A DNA stretch of 64,000 nucleotides from an uncultured Candidatus Saccharibacteria bacterium (GCA_964385825.1 CAYLPX010000002.1:1281-65280); one strand, 5' to 3'. Positions 1-9,380 are shown, counted from the stretch's first letter. The notes: generated from the sequence alone by a model not told the origin. Made by a program: numbers and translations.

Positions 1-467
1 ATTGGTAGTTCAAGAGTTACTTCAAACAGAGTCATGTGAAGAGCTTGAAAAAGAGTGCTTTTCTCCTTAAGTCCCTCAACAGGTAGATTCTTCTTTATAT
101 ATTGAATAAGCACACGGTGGAAATCGTCCTCTAGCTGCGAATCACGCAAGTTTTCAATAACTGAAAGTGTATTCAAAACCCCCTTCACCTCCATAATCCC
201 AAGGAGCTCCTCCACCCTACTGTCAGTACTTTTGGGCATCAGATCTAGTACTATCTCCTCGTGCTCAGCTATAGAAAGTGGGTGCTCCAAGGTTTCTGAG
301 GGTACTCGAGTTTTGTGCTCTTCTATATTTGCTCGCACAATCTCATCACGTCGCGCGGGGGCACCTTCTGCTTTTAAACGCTCTTCATGACGCAAGACTT
401 CACTGCGAAGAAATTGTATTTCTTCTTCTGGAGTTTTAAATTTTGGTGCGTATCCCGCCTGTTCCAT
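1..467 (-). CDS. hypothetical protein, 5' part only (continues beyond window start)
   Basis: Manual translation of the minus strand from ATG at 465-467 gives an open frame to position 1: MEQAGYAPKFKTPEEEIQFLRSEVLRHEERLKAEGAPARRDEIV... It is missing from the ORF track because there is no stop inside the window. Helical and charged; no recognisable family. Confidence 0.45.
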   Translation of the reverse strand, partial: MEQAGYAPKFKTPEEEIQFLRSEVLRHEERLKAEGAPARRDEIVRANIEEHKTRVPSETLEHPLSIAEHEEIVLDLMPKSTDSRVEELLGIMEVKGVLNTLSVIENLRDSQLEDDFHRVLIQYIKKNLPVEGLKEKSTLFQALHMTLFEVTLELP

Positions 468-499
468 GAAAAAAGTATAGCATGGGCTCGTTATACTTT

Positions 500-874
500 T
501 TAAAAATTAACTAATTTTTTGATTTTACTTAAACTACCTCCTGCGCAAGTTTGATTAGTAGTAATTATCCCATCTTCATTAGTAGCAACATTCTTTCTAT
601 ATACTCGATTACAGCTTGTTTTAACTATAATCCACTCATTCTCAACATAAATTTTTTCAATATTATCTTCACAAAGATTAAGTGTAGCTATATGAAAATT
701 ATCATTAGCCCTTACAATTTCTTCTTGACCACAAAGACCATTTTCTTTAATACTCCTATGAGTAAAAATGTCCCCACTACTTAAAACTTGGTGCTTAGAT
801 GTATTTAAAAAGTAATAAATACTGAACAAAAGAGCTGAAGCGGTTAGAAATAATAGGATTTTAATAAATTTCAT
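500..874 (-). CDS. small secreted Cys-containing hypothetical protein
   Basis: 124 aa ORF. The N-terminal hydrophobic signal or anchor is MKFIKILLFLTASALLFSIYYF. There are six Cys. The gene is very AT-rich, about 30% GC. Confidence 0.5.
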   Translation of the reverse strand: MKFIKILLFLTASALLFSIYYFLNTSKHQVLSSGDIFTHRSIKENGLCGQEEIVRANDNFHIATLNLCEDNIEKIYVENEWIIVKTSCNRVYRKNVATNEDGIITTNQTCAGGSLSKIKKLVNF

Positions 875-879
875 AGTAT

Positions 880-1662
880 TTACTTACCGTGATAGCGAGT
901 TATAACTTCACAGCCATCTTCTGTAATAAGTACCGTGTGTTCAAAGTGAGCTGAGAGTTTACCGTCGGCTGTTTTAAAAGTATAGCCATCATTTTCAAGC
1001 ACTACATGCTTAGTACCAAGATTAATAATGGGCTCAAGAGCTAAAACCATTCCAGCTGCCATAGTTGGACCTTTCTCTTTCATACAAAAATTAGCAACGT
1101 AAGGCTCCTCATGCACTTTGTGTCCTACTCCATGCCCGCCCAATTCTTCTACTATAGAATACTTCTTCATAGGTTTTATATACGCCTCAATAGCACAGCC
1201 AATATCTCCCACCTTGTTCCCCGGCTTACAAACTGAAATTCCCACCTCAAGCGCTTCGCGCGTCACATCCATAAGCGCATATGCTTCTTTTGAAACCTCG
1301 CCAACCGCTACCGTTTCTGCCATATCCACAAATATACCGTTATGAGTGAGTACCAAATCAAGCCCTACAATGTCGCCTTCTTTAAACGTCTTCACGGTTT
1401 CATTCGGAATACCGTGCACTATTTCATCATTAATAGAAATACAAATAGTCGCTGGGTAAGGGCGGTTAGCACCGTAGGGCTTGTAGTTAAGGAGTGAAGG
1501 TTCATCCCCATATTCCGCAATGAGCTTAGTCGCAAGATCGTTAATATGGAGCGTTGTTTTCCCTACTTTCACGTGCTTTTTAAGCTCGTGCATAATAGCA
1601 CTTAGATGTTTCCCTCCCTCACGCAAAAACTTAATGTCTTGTTCGCTTTTTAACTTAGTCAT
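880..1662 (-). CDS. map: methionine aminopeptidase type I
   Basis: 260 aa. Pita-bread fold motifs are present (DIVGLDLV, HGIFVDMAETV, ELGGHGVGHKVHEEP, LEPIIN). The position after adk-secY is canonical. Confidence 0.9.
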   Translation of the reverse strand: MTKLKSEQDIKFLREGGKHLSAIMHELKKHVKVGKTTLHINDLATKLIAEYGDEPSLLNYKPYGANRPYPATICISINDEIVHGIPNETVKTFKEGDIVGLDLVLTHNGIFVDMAETVAVGEVSKEAYALMDVTREALEVGISVCKPGNKVGDIGCAIEAYIKPMKKYSIVEELGGHGVGHKVHEEPYVANFCMKEKGPTMAAGMVLALEPIINLGTKHVVLENDGYTFKTADGKLSAHFEHTVLITEDGCEVITRYHGK

Positions 1663-2248
1663 GGAACATGTTGCTTAGTAACTCTTTGCTTACCTCTTCT
1701 ACTGTTTGCTCCCCATTAATTTCAAGAAAATTGTAGTCGGAATTATCACGGAAAAAATTAATAGCAGGAATAACATCAGTATCAAACCAATTAAGACGCT
1801 TCTCAATATCATCACTATGATCATCCCCTCTTCCACGACCCAAAAGCCTCTCCCTAGACCACTCACGACTGACGTTGATATAAACTAGGTGTGGCTTAAC
1901 CCTTCCATAAAACTTCATAGCAGAATCAAACACAGGAGCCTCATGAAGGCGTCGTGGTGTCCCATCAATTATTAGATGCTCATTTTCCTTCATGCGATCA
2001 ACCAAAAGATGTGACCACGCCCAAACCGCCAAAAACTCTGGTTGCAATTCTCCAGAATCACTAACCTTTTTAGCTAAAGAGCCTGAGTACCCACCTTCCC
2101 CTATAAAATTACGAAAAGATTGGCCGGTCTCCAAATAATAAATTTCACGTGCTGGGTCTACTACCCGAAGATGATCAATGAGTAATTGCGCTTGAGTACC
2201 CTTACCGCACCCAGAGCGCCCGATAAAAATAGCTGTTTGTGGAGTCAT
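1655..2248 (-). CDS. adk: adenylate kinase
   Basis: 197 aa. P-loop GRSGCGKGTQA, IIDGTPRR, RGRGDDHSDDIEKRL. Sits in the canonical secY-adk-map position. Confidence 0.8.
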   Translation of the reverse strand: MTPQTAIFIGRSGCGKGTQAQLLIDHLRVVDPAREIYYLETGQSFRNFIGEGGYSGSLAKKVSDSGELQPEFLAVWAWSHLLVDRMKENEHLIIDGTPRRLHEAPVFDSAMKFYGRVKPHLVYINVSREWSRERLLGRGRGDDHSDDIEKRLNWFDTDVIPAINFFRDNSDYNFLEINGEQTVEEVSKELLSNMFHD

Positions 2249-2292
2249 AGTGGCTAGTGTATCGCAAAATAGATAAGTTGTAACGTCTCTTT

Positions 2293-2330
2293 AAAAACAC
2301 CAGCGATTCATTTCAATCGCTGGTGTTTTT
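2293..2330. terminator. bidirectional intrinsic terminator hairpin downstream of secY
   Basis: aaaaacaccagcgattcatttcaatcgctggtgttttt: a 10 bp stem flanked by an A-run and a T-run. Confidence 0.65.
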
Positions 2331-2358
2331 GCACTATGCCGGTGCTATTGCATGTTTA

Positions 2359-3630
2359 TTAGTACTCACGCATTGAGACTTGAGCGTCAATCTTGCGAAC
2401 AAGATCAAGCACCACTGACACCACAATAAGAAGTGAAGTTCCGCCGAGGGCTAGAGTTTGAATACCAGTAACACCTTGCATAATAAGTGGCAACACCGCA
2501 ATAAAGCCGAGGAACACAGCACCAACCAGCGTGATGCGGAGTACTATACGGCTGATATAGAGAGCAGTTGAAGTTCCGGGTCGTACTCCTGGGATAAAGG
2601 CGCCGTTTTTCTGGAGGTTTGTTGCGATTGTTTCTGGATCAAACGTTACTGCTGTATAGAAGTAAGTAAAAAGAAACACAAGAATAAAGTACGCGATACC
2701 ATAGAACCAGTGGTTAGCGATAAGGCCATTGAAGAACGTACCGATACGGTTAATCGTATCATTGTGAACGTAGGTCAAAATGTTGAAAAGCATTTGTGGG
2801 AACAAAAGAATAGAGAGTGCAAAGATAATCGGAATCACTCCAGCCTGGTTCATACGAAGTGGTAGGTAGGTAGAGATACCACCAAACACCTTGGAACCAC
2901 GAATGCGTTTAGCATACGTTACCGGAATTGGGCGCTCTGCCTCAGTTACCGCAACTACTGCCGCAATAATAGCGAGACCCACCACTATAAATCCTAGATA
3001 AAGTGGAATTTGTGAAGCTGTAAATGAGAAAGAGAGCTGAGCTAACTTAGTGGGTAGTGCTGCTACGATACCAGAGAAAATAATGAGTGAAACTCCATTT
3101 CCAATACCGAACTCAGTAATAAGTTCACCAAGCCACATAAGGAGAATAGACCCTGCAGCGATAATCAGCATGTTAAGTAGGAATGGGTAGAGCGTTAGAT
3201 GCTCTACGATACCCTGACGCTCAAGAAGCATAAGAAATGATGCCCCCTGAATGAACGCAAGTGGTACCGTGAGGAGGCGTGAGTACTGTGACATACGCTT
3301 GCGACCGAGCTCCCCTTCTTCTTGGTAAAGAGCCTTTAGACGAGGCGAGAGCATCGTAAGAAGCTGCATGATAATAGACCCCGTAATGTATGGACCAACT
3401 CCAAGCATCACGATAGAGAGGTTGGTAAGCCCACCACCTGAGAAAATATTAAGTAGTCCCAAAAGCTGGTTATTGGCAAGGAATGATTCAAGACGAGCAG
3501 TATCTACACCTGGAATCGGAATTGACGCTAAAATACGAAAAATAACAAGCGCCGCGAGTACGAAAAAGAGGCGTGAACGTAGTGAACTGTCTTTTATGAC
3601 CAGTGCTAATTTTCCGAATATATTTTTCAT
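2359..3630 (-). CDS. secY: preprotein translocase subunit SecY
   Basis: 423 aa polytopic membrane protein with SecY signature regions; follows rplO. Confidence 0.9.
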   Translation of the reverse strand: MKNIFGKLALVIKDSSLRSRLFFVLAALVIFRILASIPIPGVDTARLESFLANNQLLGLLNIFSGGGLTNLSIVMLGVGPYITGSIIMQLLTMLSPRLKALYQEEGELGRKRMSQYSRLLTVPLAFIQGASFLMLLERQGIVEHLTLYPFLLNMLIIAAGSILLMWLGELITEFGIGNGVSLIIFSGIVAALPTKLAQLSFSFTASQIPLYLGFIVVGLAIIAAVVAVTEAERPIPVTYAKRIRGSKVFGGISTYLPLRMNQAGVIPIIFALSILLFPQMLFNILTYVHNDTINRIGTFFNGLIANHWFYGIAYFILVFLFTYFYTAVTFDPETIATNLQKNGAFIPGVRPGTSTALYISRIVLRITLVGAVFLGFIAVLPLIMQGVTGIQTLALGGTSLLIVVSVVLDLVRKIDAQVSMREY

Positions 3631-3639
3631 AAAAAGAAA

Positions 3640-4083
3640 TTAGAGTGCGATAGTGCCTCCGGCCTTTTCTATCTTTTCTTTGGCAACGCTAGAAACGAGA
3701 CAATCCGAAACAATAAGTTTCTTGGTGATGTCCCCAGTTCCTAGGATCTTAACAGCAGCCGTACTTCCCTTGTTGATTGAAACGAGTTTCTTCTCTACAA
3801 GAATATCGCGTGAGACACTATCGCCTGAGGCAAAGTGCTTATCAAGTACAGAGAGGTTGATAACCACATTAGGAAGCACGATTGACTTTAGGAAGTTGCG
3901 TCCACGACCACGAAGTTTTGGAATCTTCTTAATGGTGTCACGCATCTGAGGACGTACCTTGTGTCCCGCACGAGCAAGCTGACCCTTAGTTCCACGGCCC
4001 GATGTCTTACCACGCTTACCACCACGCCCTACACGTGGCGCTTTGTGATTCTTTGTTGTTCTTTTAAGTTCGTGTATCTGCAT
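3640..4083 (-). CDS. rplO: 50S ribosomal protein L15
   Basis: 147 aa. The N-terminus is Gly/Arg/Lys-rich (GRGGKRGKTSGRGTKGQ). It sits between rpsE and secY. Confidence 0.85.
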   Translation of the reverse strand: MQIHELKRTTKNHKAPRVGRGGKRGKTSGRGTKGQLARAGHKVRPQMRDTIKKIPKLRGRGRNFLKSIVLPNVVINLSVLDKHFASGDSVSRDILVEKKLVSINKGSTAAVKILGTGDITKKLIVSDCLVSSVAKEKIEKAGGTIAL

Positions 4084-4084
4084 A

Positions 4085-4783
4085 TTAGTTGGTTGAAGTT
4101 ACTGCCTTTGGAGACTTACGGGTACGGATGGTTTCGAGAGCCTTGATAGTAGCGCGAGCATTGTTGATACCGTTCTTACTGCGAGAGAAAATCTTGCTGG
4201 TTACATCAGTTACCCCTCCAAGTTCAAGTACACTTCGCACAGCTCCTCCAGCTACAAGTCCGCGACCACGGCTTGGCACCAACATAGCAACTGAAGCTGA
4301 ATACTTAGCCTCAACATCATGAGGGATGGAACTATTCTTAGTAAGAGGAATGGTGATCATGTGCTTCTTTGCATCACGAAAAGCTTTTTCAATTGCTCCA
4401 GCTGTGTCCCCTGCCTTACCGGTTCCAACACCTACCTTACCTTTACGGTTTCCTGCTACAACCGCAACAGAGAAACTCATACGACGTCCACCGGCAACTA
4501 CACGAGTCACGCGACGGAGTGAGATAATCTTCTGGTCAAACTCTGGCTTTACACGTTCTTCACGACGATTGCCGCGGCGTGCTCCAGGACGTCCTCCCTT
4601 GCGAGTATCACGCTGTGTATTACGAGGGCGAAACTCAGGATTAGCAGCTGTTTTTGAAGCTGGCGCTCCTTCAGCAACAACTTCAGGTGTAGCCTCTTCC
4701 TCTGCCATAGTAAGAGGCGTAGCTTCAGCCACAACATCTGCTGCTGTCTCTACTGTTTCAGTTGTAATAATTTCGTCATTCAT
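4085..4783 (-). CDS. rpsE: 30S ribosomal protein S5 with low-complexity N-terminal extension
   Basis: The S5 core (VTRVVAGGRRMSFSVAVVAGNRKGKVGVGTGKA) is preceded by about 75 aa of acidic or Ala/Thr-rich extension. It directly abuts rplO, so there is no L30 gene. Confidence 0.85.
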   Translation of the reverse strand: MNDEIITTETVETAADVVAEATPLTMAEEEATPEVVAEGAPASKTAANPEFRPRNTQRDTRKGGRPGARRGNRREERVKPEFDQKIISLRRVTRVVAGGRRMSFSVAVVAGNRKGKVGVGTGKAGDTAGAIEKAFRDAKKHMITIPLTKNSSIPHDVEAKYSASVAMLVPSRGRGLVAGGAVRSVLELGGVTDVTSKIFSRSKNGINNARATIKALETIRTRKSPKAVTSTN

Positions 4784-4786
4784 ATA

Positions 4787-5149
4787 TTAAAAATTGAGTC
4801 CTCCCTTACGTGCCCCCTCTGCCACTGCCTTCACATTTCCGGTATATAGGAATCCGCCGCGATCAAAGACTACTGTTCCTACCTTCTTTGCGGTAAGTGC
4901 CTTAGCAATCTCTTCACCTACACGGAAAGACTTTTCAAGCATAGTCCCCTTCTTGTCTTTAAGTGAGGTTGCAGAAGCAAGTGTAACACCTTTTATGTCA
5001 TCAATCGCCTGCGCGTAAATATAACGATTGGACTTAAAGACTGCAAGACGAGGTGTTGTAGCAGACCCCTCCATGTGCGATCGACTCCGATTGTGACGTC
5101 GGATACGAGCGAGTGTTTTTGCATTAGTTGTAGTTTTAACGTAAGCCAT
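4787..5149 (-). CDS. rplR: 50S ribosomal protein L18
   Basis: 120 aa; basic N-terminus ARIRRHNRSRSH; operon position. Confidence 0.85.
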   Translation of the reverse strand: MAYVKTTTNAKTLARIRRHNRSRSHMEGSATTPRLAVFKSNRYIYAQAIDDIKGVTLASATSLKDKKGTMLEKSFRVGEEIAKALTAKKVGTVVFDRGGFLYTGNVKAVAEGARKGGLNF

Positions 5150-5164
5150 AAATAAAAAGTGGGA

Positions 5165-5698
5165 TTATACAGATTTCTTACCTTCCTTACGGCGGATAAC
5201 CTCATTGCGATAACGGAATCCCTTACCCTTGTATGGTTCTGGTTTCTTAAGCGCGCGAACTGAAGCAGAGAATGATCCGACCTCTTCTTTGTTAATACCA
5301 GAAATGGTAATAATGTTCTTTTCAGCCTTAACCGCAAGTGAAGCAGGTATTGGTACATGTACAAGATGAGAAAAACCAAGTGCAAGAATAAGTTCTGCCC
5401 CCTTCACTTCTGATTTAAAACCTACTCCTTCAAGAATAAGCTCCTTAGTGTATGGAGTATTAACACCCTGCACCATGTTCTTAATATGAGAAGCCGTTGT
5501 TCCCCAGAGAGAAATAGTCTGCTTATCCTCTTTCTTAGGACTTACCTTCACATGATCTCCCTCAACAATAATATTGAGCTCTGGACGAAAATCCCGAGTG
5601 AGTTCACCCTTAGGACCCTTAACCACAACAGTAATCCCAGAAACAGAGACTGTGGTTCCAGTTGGGATTCCGATAAGTTGTTTGCCGACGCGACTCAT
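5165..5698 (-). CDS. rplF: 50S ribosomal protein L6
   Basis: 177 aa. Starts MSRVGKQLIGIPTGTTVSVSG, like L6 (MSRIGKxPI). Two-domain L6 pattern. Confidence 0.9.
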   Translation of the reverse strand: MSRVGKQLIGIPTGTTVSVSGITVVVKGPKGELTRDFRPELNIIVEGDHVKVSPKKEDKQTISLWGTTASHIKNMVQGVNTPYTKELILEGVGFKSEVKGAELILALGFSHLVHVPIPASLAVKAEKNIITISGINKEEVGSFSASVRALKKPEPYKGKGFRYRNEVIRRKEGKKSV

Positions 5699-5722
5699 AA
5701 TGTTGAATATAAATATAGAAAA

Positions 5723-6115
5723 TTACCAGATTGAAAAGAGAGCCTCTCCACCGACCTTTTCCTTACGAGCCTCACGATCAGTCATAAGCCCCCTTGGAGT
5801 TGAAAGTACCATAATTCCCTGTCCGAACTTCACTGGGCGAATGTCGCGCACACCAAAGTACACACGCTTACCAAGCTTACTTACACGCTTAACTCCGCGG
5901 ACCTCAGGCTTAGTACCTTCGTACTTTACAGCAACCTCTAGATACTTCTTCACCTTCTTACCTTTTTTCTCAAAGGCAGTAATGAATCCCTCACGAAGTA
6001 GGATCTCCGCAATAGCCTGCTTCATCTTTGAGTGAGGTACGACAACAGTCGCCTTCCCTGCCATAGAAGCATTCTTAAGACGCGTTATGAAGTCTGCAAT
6101 AGGATCGCTTACCAT
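5723..6115 (-). CDS. rpsH: 30S ribosomal protein S8
   Basis: 130 aa; [21 protein letters not shown] matches the S8 N-terminus (DPIADMLTRIRNA). Confidence 0.9.
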   Translation of the reverse strand: MVSDPIADFITRLKNASMAGKATVVVPHSKMKQAIAEILLREGFITAFEKKGKKVKKYLEVAVKYEGTKPEVRGVKRVSKLGKRVYFGVRDIRPVKFGQGIMVLSTPRGLMTDREARKEKVGGEALFSIW

Positions 6116-6294
6116 GATGATTTTTTAATTCCTGGAATATTTCCATCATTAGCTAACTCGCGGAAACAAATGCGGCAAAGGTCAAAGTCACGCATATATC
6201 CACGCTTTCTTCCGCAACGAAAGCAACGATGAGTAGCCCGAGAAGAGAACTTCGGGGTCCGAGTTGAACGTACTACTGTTGATGTTTTTGCCAT
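6109..6294 (-). CDS. rpsN: 30S ribosomal protein S14 type Z (zinc-binding)
   Basis: 61 aa with CxxC...CxxC ([20 protein letters not shown]). Confidence 0.9.
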   Translation of the reverse strand: MAKTSTVVRSTRTPKFSSRATHRCFRCGRKRGYMRDFDLCRICFRELANDGNIPGIKKSSW

Positions 6295-6475
6295 TGTGTA
6301 ATGTAGCTAACTACCACCAAGGATTTCTTGATGATTTTACTTGTTTTTTGGTAACCCAGCCACTAAAGAAACGGTGGTTTCTCTCGCGCTCCAGCATTAC
6401 CTCCAACAAAAAAGGCACTAAGTGCTTAGAGAGGATATTAGCAAGGATTATAGGGGGTGTCAAACAGGAGAACTT

Positions 6476-6501
6476 GTAGGGACAAACCGTAGGGACAAAC
6501 C
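6476..6501 (+). repeat. perfect tandem direct repeat gtagggacaaacc x2
   Basis: Read directly from the sequence: gtagggacaaacc gtagggacaaacc. It lies about 80 bp upstream of the island ORF at 6579. Confidence 0.9.
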
Positions 6502-6578
6502 TAAGAAATCTAGCTATTTTACAAGTGGTTTGCTAGAGTGCAGCCAGCTGTAAACATCCACCAATCGAAGGAGGTCGC

Positions 6579-7004
6579 ATGATCTACCAAGTAGGCAGTC
6601 ACACCTTCACTCCCGGTCTCTACATGAAACTGAAGACGGGTGAGCTTTTTCTCTTCCACCACGCCGTCCAAAACAGCCGCAAGGGCACCGGGGAGCCAGG
6701 TTCGACCAAGATGGTATATGTCTACTCGAACATTGCCGACGGGGACTTCATCTACCGACATCTTCCCTACTCACAGCTTCTTGCACCCAGCATCGCATTG
6801 CAGCTCTGCGACATGTGCAACCCAATGGACAAAGCGCTTGTAAGGATAGTGTACGATGCCTTCATGCAAAATACTGTTTTCGCGCGAAATTTTGCAAAGC
6901 CATTCGCCGAGTGGGCGAGCATGCACCGTATCCCGCTTTCGGTAAGCACCTCGATTGCAGGGATTCTGCATTTCGACACCCACCCCATGTTTCATGGGGT
7001 CTGA
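6579..7004 (+). CDS. hypothetical protein on GC-rich island, antisense to the ribosomal operon
   Basis: 141 aa ORF preceded by AGGAGG (gaaggaggtcgcATG). It has high GC and high GC3, unlike its neighbours. A GC-rich terminator follows. Confidence 0.5.
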   Translation: MIYQVGSHTFTPGLYMKLKTGELFLFHHAVQNSRKGTGEPGSTKMVYVYSNIADGDFIYRHLPYSQLLAPSIALQLCDMCNPMDKALVRIVYDAFMQNTVFARNFAKPFAEWASMHRIPLSVSTSIAGILHFDTHPMFHGV

Positions 7005-7010
7005 CTCATC

Positions 7011-7051
7011 CCCCCCCCCGCCGCGGAGTACCGCGGCGGGGACTATTTTTT
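7011..7051 (+). terminator. GC-rich hairpin plus T-run after the island ORF
   Basis: cccccccccgccgcggagtaccgcggcggggac followed by tatttttta. Confidence 0.65.
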
Positions 7052-7060
7052 ATATTCCTA

Positions 7061-7103
7061 AAACAAAAACTCCTCCCTAGTTTAGGGAGGAGTTTTTGTT
7101 TTG
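7061..7103. terminator. bidirectional intrinsic terminator immediately downstream of rplE
   Basis: aaaacaaaaactcctccctagtttagggaggagtttttgtttt: a perfect 10 bp stem with A/T runs on both sides. It falls between rplE and rpsN, which are normally co-transcribed. Confidence 0.75.
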
Positions 7104-7104
7104 C

Positions 7105-7662
7105 TTATTTCTTTGCAGCTTCTTTCTTAAAGGGAAAACCTAAGTGATCAAAGAAGGCCTTAGCTTCAGCGCGAGTCTTGGCAGTTGTTACAATAGTGAT
7201 AGCAAGACCGAATACATCTTTGATTTCTTCATCCACCACTTCTGGGAACACTACATGCTCCTTAAGACCGATGGTCATGTTACCGATATTGTCTACTCCA
7301 GAAGCATTAATGCCACGAAAGTCCTTAGTACGAGGAAGAGACACGTGGAGCAGTTTATCTAGAAAACCGATCATGCGGCTTCCGCGAATGGTTACCTGAT
7401 ATCCAATAGGGTCTCCAATACGAGTCTTGTAGCTCGCAATAGCTTGCTTAGCCTTACGAACTACTGGCTTCTGACCAGTGATTTTGGCAAGACGATCAGC
7501 AACCAGTTCTAGCTTTTTCTTATCCTTAAATGAACCAGTTCCAACTGAAACCACCACCTTAGTAAGACGAGGTGCCTGCATCACGTTCTTGTAGCCGAAC
7601 TGATCCTTCATTACCTTGAAGGATTCTTCACTTAATGTTTTTACGCTTTTGATAGTTGCCAT
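7105..7662 (-). CDS. rplE: 50S ribosomal protein L5
   Basis: 185 aa; L5 family (MQAPRLTKVVVSVG...); position between rplX and rpsN. Confidence 0.9.
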   Translation of the reverse strand: MATIKSVKTLSEESFKVMKDQFGYKNVMQAPRLTKVVVSVGTGSFKDKKKLELVADRLAKITGQKPVVRKAKQAIASYKTRIGDPIGYQVTIRGSRMIGFLDKLLHVSLPRTKDFRGINASGVDNIGNMTIGLKEHVVFPEVVDEEIKDVFGLAITIVTTAKTRAEAKAFFDHLGFPFKKEAAKK

Positions 7663-7697
7663 ACAATTTAAATTAGGACAGTTAGTCGGTTCAAGAA

Positions 7698-8012
7698 TTA
7701 TTTGCCAGAAATAGTCGCTCCACTCTTTGCTGCAACACGGCTACGCTTCCCTTCTTCACGTACGATACGCACGCGAGTAGCGCCACCCTTCTTTGGATCA
7801 ACAATACTTACATTTGAAACATGTATAGGCATAGCTTTCTCCACAATCTGCCCCTTAGATCCACCCTTACGTGCCTTCTGGTGACACTTCTTAACATTCA
7901 CACCATCGACGAGCACCATATCGCGACTTGGGAGCGCGCGAGAAACCGTCCCGGTCTTACCTTTGTCCTTACCAGAAGTCACTATGATGTTGTCGCCTTT
8001 TCTGATTTTCAT
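7698..8012 (-). CDS. rplX: 50S ribosomal protein L24
   Basis: KOW-motif L24 (MKIRKGDNIIVTSGKDKGKTG). The start is more likely the second Met of the tracked ORF. Confidence 0.85.
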   Translation of the reverse strand: MKIRKGDNIIVTSGKDKGKTGTVSRALPSRDMVLVDGVNVKKCHQKARKGGSKGQIVEKAMPIHVSNVSIVDPKKGGATRVRIVREEGKRSRVAAKSGATISGK

Positions 8013-8024
8013 ATGCATTAAAAA

Positions 8025-8396
8025 TTACACTACTTCTGGAGCTAGAGAAATAATCTTTTGGAATCCCATTTCAGAAAGTTCACGAGGAATAGGACCGAAT
8101 ACACGTCCGCCACGTGGCTCCTTACGCTCCTTATCGAGTACCACAACTGCATTCTCATCAAAACGAATGTAAGAACCATCCTTGCGGCGAAAATCTTTCT
8201 TAGTGCGAACTACAATAGCAGGAAGAATTTCCTTTTTCTTTACGCCCTTACGAGGCTCGGCGATTTGCACTGAGAGAATAACGATATCCCCAATACGAGC
8301 ATAGCGCTTCTTAGAGCCACCAAGCACCTTAAACACACGTCCGATTTTAGCTCCGGTGTTATCTGCTATTTTGACGATTGATCGTGGTTGAATCAT
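8025..8396 (-). CDS. rplN: 50S ribosomal protein L14
   Basis: 123 aa; MIQPRSIVKIADNTGAK matches the L14 N-terminus (MIQ..T.L.VADNSGA). Confidence 0.9.
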   Translation of the reverse strand: MIQPRSIVKIADNTGAKIGRVFKVLGGSKKRYARIGDIVILSVQIAEPRKGVKKKEILPAIVVRTKKDFRRKDGSYIRFDENAVVVLDKERKEPRGGRVFGPIPRELSEMGFQKIISLAPEVV

Positions 8397-8420
8397 ACGG
8401 TTTAGTTTATCTTAAAGTAG

Positions 8421-8699
8421 TTAGACTACCTTGAAGTGCTTATCTTTAGAAATTGGCGGACACTCAACGATAGTTACCGTATCCCCTAGCGCCTTAGTGT
8501 TCCCAACATCATGCGCCTTAAAACGCTTACTCTGCATAACGTACTTGTCGTACTTTGGGTGTTTTTCGTAACGGTCGATACGGACAACAATAGTGTCCTT
8601 CATCTTGGTAGACACAACAACCCCAGTAAGCTCACGAGGAGCTCCAGTTGTTACAACTACTTTAGTTGCGGCTGTTTGTTGTGTTTTCTTGGTTGCCAT
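8421..8699 (-). CDS. rpsQ: 30S ribosomal protein S17
   Basis: 92 aa; OB-fold S17 pattern; operon position. Confidence 0.85.
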   Translation of the reverse strand: MATKKTQQTAATKVVVTTGAPRELTGVVVSTKMKDTIVVRIDRYEKHPKYDKYVMQSKRFKAHDVGNTKALGDTVTIVECPPISKDKHFKVV

Positions 8700-8705
8700 A
8701 TGGTT

Positions 8706-8897
8706 TTACTTTGAAGTAACCGTACTGTCATTAAGAAGGGTCATGATATGTGCAATTGTCTTCTTAATACCACGGCCCTCGCGAACATTACGGGTTTTAC
8801 TCCCTGCAATACTGAAACGAAATACTCGCAAAGCCTCTCGCTTATCAGCAAGTAGCTTCATGAGTTCTGATTCAGTTTTGGTTCTAAGTTCCTTCAT
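8706..8897 (-). CDS. rpmC: 50S ribosomal protein L29
   Basis: 63 aa; MKELRTKTESELMKLLADKREAL is L29-like. Confidence 0.8.
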   Translation of the reverse strand: MKELRTKTESELMKLLADKREALRVFRFSIAGSKTRNVREGRGIKKTIAHIMTLLNDSTVTSK

Positions 8898-8927
8898 AAG
8901 TCCTTGATATTAGCCTCTTTTTAGTGC

Positions 8928-9353
8928 TTACGCAAGTTCGCGAGAAATCACCTTACACTTTACGGGAAGCTTAGCTCCAGCCTTGCGAAGTGCTTCACGA
9001 GCCTCTTTCTCTGGTACCCCATCAATCTCAAAAATGATACGTCCTGGGCGAGTTTCAAACTGGTATCCCTGAAGGTCTCCCTTACCCTTTCCCATACCTA
9101 CTTCAGCTGGCTTACCTGTATATGGGAAATCAGGGAAAATACGGATCCACATCTTACCAGTCTTACCAGCAGCACGTGATACTACCTTACGAGCTGCTTC
9201 AATCTGGTTAGAGCGAATACGAGCAGCTGTGGTAGCTTTGAGCCCAAAGGATCCAAAAGAAAGAGTCACGCCGCGAGTGTCCGCAGTCATACGCTTTGGG
9301 TTACGACGAGTTGTTTGTCGCTTTCGGTATTTAACTTTCTTTGGGACTAACAT
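8928..9353 (-). CDS. rplP: 50S ribosomal protein L16
   Basis: 141 aa; MLVPKKVKYRK..., the L16 family N-terminus. Confidence 0.9.
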   Translation of the reverse strand: MLVPKKVKYRKRQTTRRNPKRMTADTRGVTLSFGSFGLKATTAARIRSNQIEAARKVVSRAAGKTGKMWIRIFPDFPYTGKPAEVGMGKGKGDLQGYQFETRPGRIIFEIDGVPEKEAREALRKAGAKLPVKCKVISRELA

Positions 9354-9380
9354 AGTAGTGTAATTAAAAAATATCTAAAA

